Shown here: one piece after another, positions 60,313 through 64,000 of the stretch | Layout: every line of letters starts with the position of its first letter | Position numbering within the stretch: position 1 is the first letter of the stretch | Origin: Gammaproteobacteria bacterium | GTDB lineage: Bacteria > Pseudomonadota > Gammaproteobacteria > CAJXQU01 | Assembly (NCBI GenBank): GCA_965238175.1 | Contig: CBDEGZ010000003.1 | Span: 2,112,001 to 2,176,000 of the forward strand | Reading direction: 5' to 3' | DNA length: 64,000 nt | Position numbers and translations under genes: made by a program | Notes under the pieces: model-generated | The model's database searches: none | Seen by the model: the letters and a program-made list of their open reading frames with translations, nothing else | What the model was told of the DNA's origin: nothing

Positions 60313-60606
60313 CTAATTTTCATTTAGGATAGACGGCTTAATCGTTATTCCAGTTGAATCCATGCCATGCTTTTTAATATAAGATACTTGAGCTGCATGA
60401 CAGTCTAAAGCTAATTTATCTCTCCTTTCCCTCTCTTCAGACGAGTATCTTACTTTTTCGTCAAACTCTATAGCTAAAGCTTTACATGAGGGGAGGGACA
60501 TTAACAGTTCCTCACTCAGGTGTACGGTACTAATAGTTGAAGGTTTCGATTTAAGAACAAGAATTGTTACCATTACGAATAAAAAAAGAACTATAACTTT
60601 TTTCAT
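60313..60606 (-). CDS. Cassette exported hypothetical protein
   Basis: N-terminal hydrophobic segment, Cys pair. Confidence 0.7.
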   Translation of the reverse strand: MKKVIVLFLFVMVTILVLKSKPSTISTVHLSEELLMSLPSCKALAIEFDEKVRYSSEERERRDKLALDCHAAQVSYIKKHGMDSTGITIKPSILNEN

Positions 60607-60679
60607 GGATCAACATAACGCCCCGCATCACCGGCAAATCGCGAGCGTAGCGAGTGATTTGTCCGTGTGCATGCGCTTG

Positions 60680-61501
60680 TTATGCGGGCCTTTTGCATAT
60701 TAGTTGTATCGGACAAGTTCTATTCTCTTTGATGTTGCGGGCGGCATTTTTTGTTATATCTGGCGAACTCTTGCCCAAAAGAATATGAACTCCAAGAGTA
60801 GGAAGCTTATCCTGGTCTGCAAGCTCAATTGCCCGCTGATATGCGATTAAATACTTGCTACCTGTATTTTCAATTTGAATGTCTGTAAAACCGGTTTCTG
60901 TGAGAAGCCTGTTGGTTTCTTCAGGAGTAATGAGATATTCGTTACCACCATCTGCAGACCAGGGCAATGGATGGTGGGGATTTTTCATTGGACCAAGCCC
61001 ATGCTCGCTGAGGGCAAAAAAGCCGCTAGGTTTAAGTACCCTGAAAGCCTCGGAAAAGAACCGTGTTCTATCAGCGACGTTCATTGTTACATGTTGGGCG
61101 TAAGCACCGTTGAATGTCTGATCCTGGTAAGGCAAGTGGTTTCCATCACCCAGTTCTATTTTTACCTTATGCTCTAGTCCCAGTAATACTGTCAGTTTGT
61201 TTGCTACGTCGATAAAGGACTCAGTAATATCGATACCTGAAACATAACAGTCAAATCTGTTTGCAAGATAACGAGCAGGGCCACCTATCCCGCATCCAAT
61301 ATCGACTAGCTGATCACCACTATTAATAGGAAGTTGGTCGGCTAACTCGACAGTTGCAGGGTAACCACGAGCGTGAAAATGATCGACAGGAGAAAGATCA
61401 TCAATCGATAGCGTTTCTAAAGACTTTCCACTTTCGACCAAAGCAGAAATGATCTTTTCGTAAAGATCATCTTTCCCCCAATGGTCTGATAATGATTTCA
61501 T
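60680..61501 (-). CDS. Class I SAM-dependent methyltransferase
   Basis: DHFHARG, VDIGCGIGGPAR, HVTMNV, RVLKPSG. Confidence 0.9.
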   Translation of the reverse strand: MKSLSDHWGKDDLYEKIISALVESGKSLETLSIDDLSPVDHFHARGYPATVELADQLPINSGDQLVDIGCGIGGPARYLANRFDCYVSGIDITESFIDVANKLTVLLGLEHKVKIELGDGNHLPYQDQTFNGAYAQHVTMNVADRTRFFSEAFRVLKPSGFFALSEHGLGPMKNPHHPLPWSADGGNEYLITPEETNRLLTETGFTDIQIENTGSKYLIAYQRAIELADQDKLPTLGVHILLGKSSPDITKNAARNIKENRTCPIQLICKRPA

Positions 61502-61617
61502 TTTTCCTTTATGTCTACTCGGAGATTAGATGGACCGCATAACGTTAAAGCCCAGTTGGCGCCAAAAGCATAGCGACGATAGGAGCGACGCTTTTGTGCG
61601 TCAACTGGGGCGCCTTG

Positions 61618-62106
61618 TTAGGGCTGTACATGTTCGATGCTATCTACAAGTGATTTTGCAATTTCAAAATCACTTTCTGAATCAAAATATATTGAAAGTT
61701 GCACATGCGCGTTCTCAGATAGAACATAACTATTATATGAATATGAGGTTTCCCCGTTATTTTTTTCATTGAGTCTATAAGCATGAACATATGATGTACC
61801 TTTCTCATATGAAGTGACTTCAAATGCTTCTGGTGAAGATTCTGAAATAATCCACTTCAATCGTTCTTTGATTGTTTCATTATTATCATTGTTCCAGATA
61901 TTCACCCATATAGTTAAACCTGGCCGCCAAATAACCAAAGAACCTTCTTCTATTCTTCGATTATAAGGCTGTTCAAGATTAATGCTCCATTCAGATGTCA
62001 TCTGATATTTATTTTCGATTACAGGAAAATCTGGATGCAACATTTTTTCTCCTCCTATGGCATTAATGCTTATGAACACTAGTATTAGTATTATGATATT
62101 TTTCAT
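61618..62106 (-). CDS. Cassette exported protein
   Basis: Signal peptide; RRIEEGSLVIWRPG..SIYFD. Confidence 0.75.
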   Translation of the reverse strand: MKNIIILILVFISINAIGGEKMLHPDFPVIENKYQMTSEWSINLEQPYNRRIEEGSLVIWRPGLTIWVNIWNNDNNETIKERLKWIISESSPEAFEVTSYEKGTSYVHAYRLNEKNNGETSYSYNSYVLSENAHVQLSIYFDSESDFEIAKSLVDSIEHVQP

Positions 62107-62198
62107 TTTGGTAGCCCTAACGCCTTGCTCAGCGGAAAAATGCGAGCTCGAGCGAGTAGTTTTTCCGATGCAGCAACTTGTTACACGTTTTAACCACT

Positions 62199-62723
62199 TC
62201 AATACTTATTGAGCAATTCAACTGTGTCGGCTTTTTCTCCAGTGACCGCATAATCTTTTGCTGTTTTATTAAATTTATTTCGATGCTTAGGATTGGCACC
62301 ATTTTTTAGGAGAATTTCCATGACCTCATAACCTTCAGCTTCGGTTGAATGAATTAATAATGGAGTATTGCCATTATTGTCTTCTAGTTCAATATTTGCT
62401 CCAAGCTGGATAAACAACTCAGCAATTTCTGGATAACTTGCGATATGTAGAGGTGCAATGCCTTCATCGTTTTGTACATTTATATCTAAACCAGAGCTTA
62501 CTAAGAAATTTATTATTTCAGCATTTTCTTCGGTTGCGGCTAAATGAAGAGCACTAAAACCGTATTTGTCTTTGGATGTGATAATACTTGAGTCTTTTGA
62601 TACTAGTTCTTTTAGTGTTTTGATATCGCCATATTGGGCGGCTTTAAAAAAAATGTCCATTTGAGATCCCGCTAAGCTTATGGAGCTGAATAGTATAATT
62701 GTTAATGTAAGTATTAATTTCAT
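62199..62723 (-). CDS. Ankyrin-repeat protein (first cassette)
   Basis: GFSALHLAA, GIAPLHIA, GNTPL repeats; signal peptide. Confidence 0.9.
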   Translation of the reverse strand: MKLILTLTIILFSSISLAGSQMDIFFKAAQYGDIKTLKELVSKDSSIITSKDKYGFSALHLAATEENAEIINFLVSSGLDINVQNDEGIAPLHIASYPEIAELFIQLGANIELEDNNGNTPLLIHSTEAEGYEVMEILLKNGANPKHRNKFNKTAKDYAVTGEKADTVELLNKY

Positions 62724-62739
62724 TTTCGTGTAAAGTCTG

Positions 62740-62790
62740 TTATACGGGAATATTTCCCGCATAACATTATTATAAGGAATATTTCCCTAT
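62740..62790 (-). other. attI: Putative attI region
   Basis: Last GTTRRRY (GTTATGC, 62765-62759) before intI, with no attC upstream; GGGAAATATTCC repeated. Confidence 0.65.
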
Positions 62791-62952
62791 TAATAGGGTT
62801 TATAAATTTCACAAAATCATAACCTTTTGATTTATAATATCTTTTAAATTTTCCTTTATTTTCTTTCCGAAAACAAGGGAACGATTCCTGGATAATGGAA
62901 TTTATTTTATCTAGTATCTTAAAGAGATTTTATAACAGAAAAGGACTTTGCT

Positions 62953-63925
62953 ATGTATCAATCACCATTTTTAATGAATATCCATAATTTTATGTTGGCT
63001 CGTCGTTACAGCAAACGAACGATCAAAACGTACATCGTATGGATAAAACGCTATATTAATTTTTCTAATACAACAGCACCCTAGAGATTTAAGTGCTTTG
63101 GATGTTGAACGGTTTTTAACGCATCTTGCTGTAGATAGAAACGTCGCAGCAGCTACCCAATCCATCGCTTTAAATTCGATTGCTTTTTTGTATAACACTT
63201 ATCTGGATATGCCAATTGATAACTTTGCTGAATTTAGACGAGCGAAACGCCAAGCTAAATTACCAACTGTATTAACACAAGAAGAAGTTGCGTTGTTATT
63301 GTCTAATCTTGATGCTAAATACAAATTAATTGTTGGATTATTATATGGTTCTGGTTTGCGGCGTATAGAATTAGTTCGACTTCGGGTGGATGATTTCGAT
63401 ATCGAATTTAAACAGTTAAGAATTTGGAATGGAAAGGGATTTAAACACAGATTAACAACCCTGGCGCCTGAGTTAATACCTGCGATTAAGCGACAAATTC
63501 AAAAGGTAGAACACTATCTGGCTGAAGATATAGAAAACCAGGAATTTGCAGGGGTGTGGTTACCTGATGCACTTGAGCGAAAGTATAAAAATGCGAACAA
63601 ATCTTTAGGATGGCAGTACCTATTTCCTTCTCATAAATTAAGTATTGACCCTCAAAACAACCAAGTTCGGCGACATCATATTGATGAAAGTGGTATTAAC
63701 AAGGCGATTAAACAGGCTGCCTTAAGGGCCGGCATTAGAAAGCCTGTCAGCTCTCACACGATGAGGCATTCTTTTGCTACGCATCTTTTACAAAATGGTG
63801 CAGATATACGAACTGTTCAACAACAGCTTGGACATAGTGACGTGAAAACTACAGAAATTTATACGCACGTTTTGAAACAAGGGGCTAACGGCGTGAAAAG
63901 CCCATTAAGTCAGTTGTTTAGTTAA
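62953..63925 (+). pseudogene. intI: Integron integrase with +1 frameshift near 63070
   Basis: MYQSPFL..YSKRTIKTY..WIKRYI stops at 63082-63084; +1 frame has QHP..VERFLTHLA, LLYGSGLR, GKG, the IntI patch LPDALERKY..WQYLFP, HTMRHSFATHLL and TTEIYTHV. Confidence 0.92.
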
Positions 63926-64000
63926 GGTAAGCGAGCATTGTTGACAGAATTCCTGAAAAAACTATCTGCTCGAACTCTTTTACTTTTCACGAGATGCATG

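Larger units (their letters stand above)
45323..62765 (-). mobile_element. Integron cassette array (~31 attC sites, ~32 cassettes)
   Basis: Single short ORFs separated by RYYYAAC..GTTRRRY imperfect palindromes starting near 45348, 45767, 47468, 47852, 48193, 48705, 49128, 49611, 50116, 50723, 51262, 51897, 52327, 52777, 53162, 53488, 54005, 54524, 55014, 56054, 56444, 56861, 57257, 57775, 58247, 58874, 59547, 60217, 60613, 61537, 62116; intI adjacent and divergent. Confidence 0.95.

Noticed and set aside
45323-62765. Regularly spaced palindromic repeats suggesting a CRISPR array
   Set aside because: The repeats vary in length and sequence, have RYYYAAC/GTTRRRY ends, and are separated by whole genes next to intI. 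They are attC sites, and no cas genes are present.
62880-62952. LexA box upstream of intI
   Set aside because: A half site (..ATAACAG) is present, but there is no CTG at the required CTG-N10-CAG spacing.
104-63198. Many 60-156 aa ORFs antisense to or overlapping clear genes (e.g. 5703-5933, 16829-17209, 21319-21720, 27982-28446, 43225-43695, 51899-52180, 61530-61772, 62971-63198)
   Set aside because: These are shadow frames of well-supported genes or read-throughs of attC sites, with no motifs or RBS support.
1-64000. tRNA or rRNA genes
   Set aside because: None recognised by eye. The inovirus att sites are at dif, not at a tRNA.

Overview
AT-rich gammaproteobacterial chromosome segment at the replication terminus, in five parts. 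(1) 1-~3991: right end of a Mu-like transposable prophage (gp29-type portal, D12-class adenine methylase, gpF head protein, repeat-bounded micro-genes). It apparently ends about 12 bp from the chromosomal dif site. (2) 4004-11663: an apparently complete filamentous prophage (inovirus) integrated at dif. Its gene order is permuted and its att core lies inside the repressor gene, so excision would swap the repressor C-terminus. (3) 11692-24278: conserved housekeeping block tatD-pilZ-holB-tmk-mltG-pabC-fabF-acpP-fabG-fabD-fabH-plsX-rpmF-yceD-maf-sppA. (4) 24288-39144: a ~15 kb island between sppA and rluC. It carries two diverged copies of a four-gene module (RraA/HMG-aldolase, CphA-like single ATP-grasp, D-Asp-ligase-like ATP-grasp, Ldh_2 reductase) around two Fe/2OG-type dioxygenases, plus a VPLPA-CTERM protein with a sigma-54 motif, an acyltransferase and a Wzx flippase. 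This is the best candidate for an undescribed pathway. (5) rluC-rne, a nested pair of IS481 elements, and a chromosomal integron (45323-63925) with about 31 attC sites, many immunity-like cassettes, IS110/IS3 remnants, several frameshifted cassettes and a frameshifted intI. All calls come from motif recognition by eye; no database searches were run.
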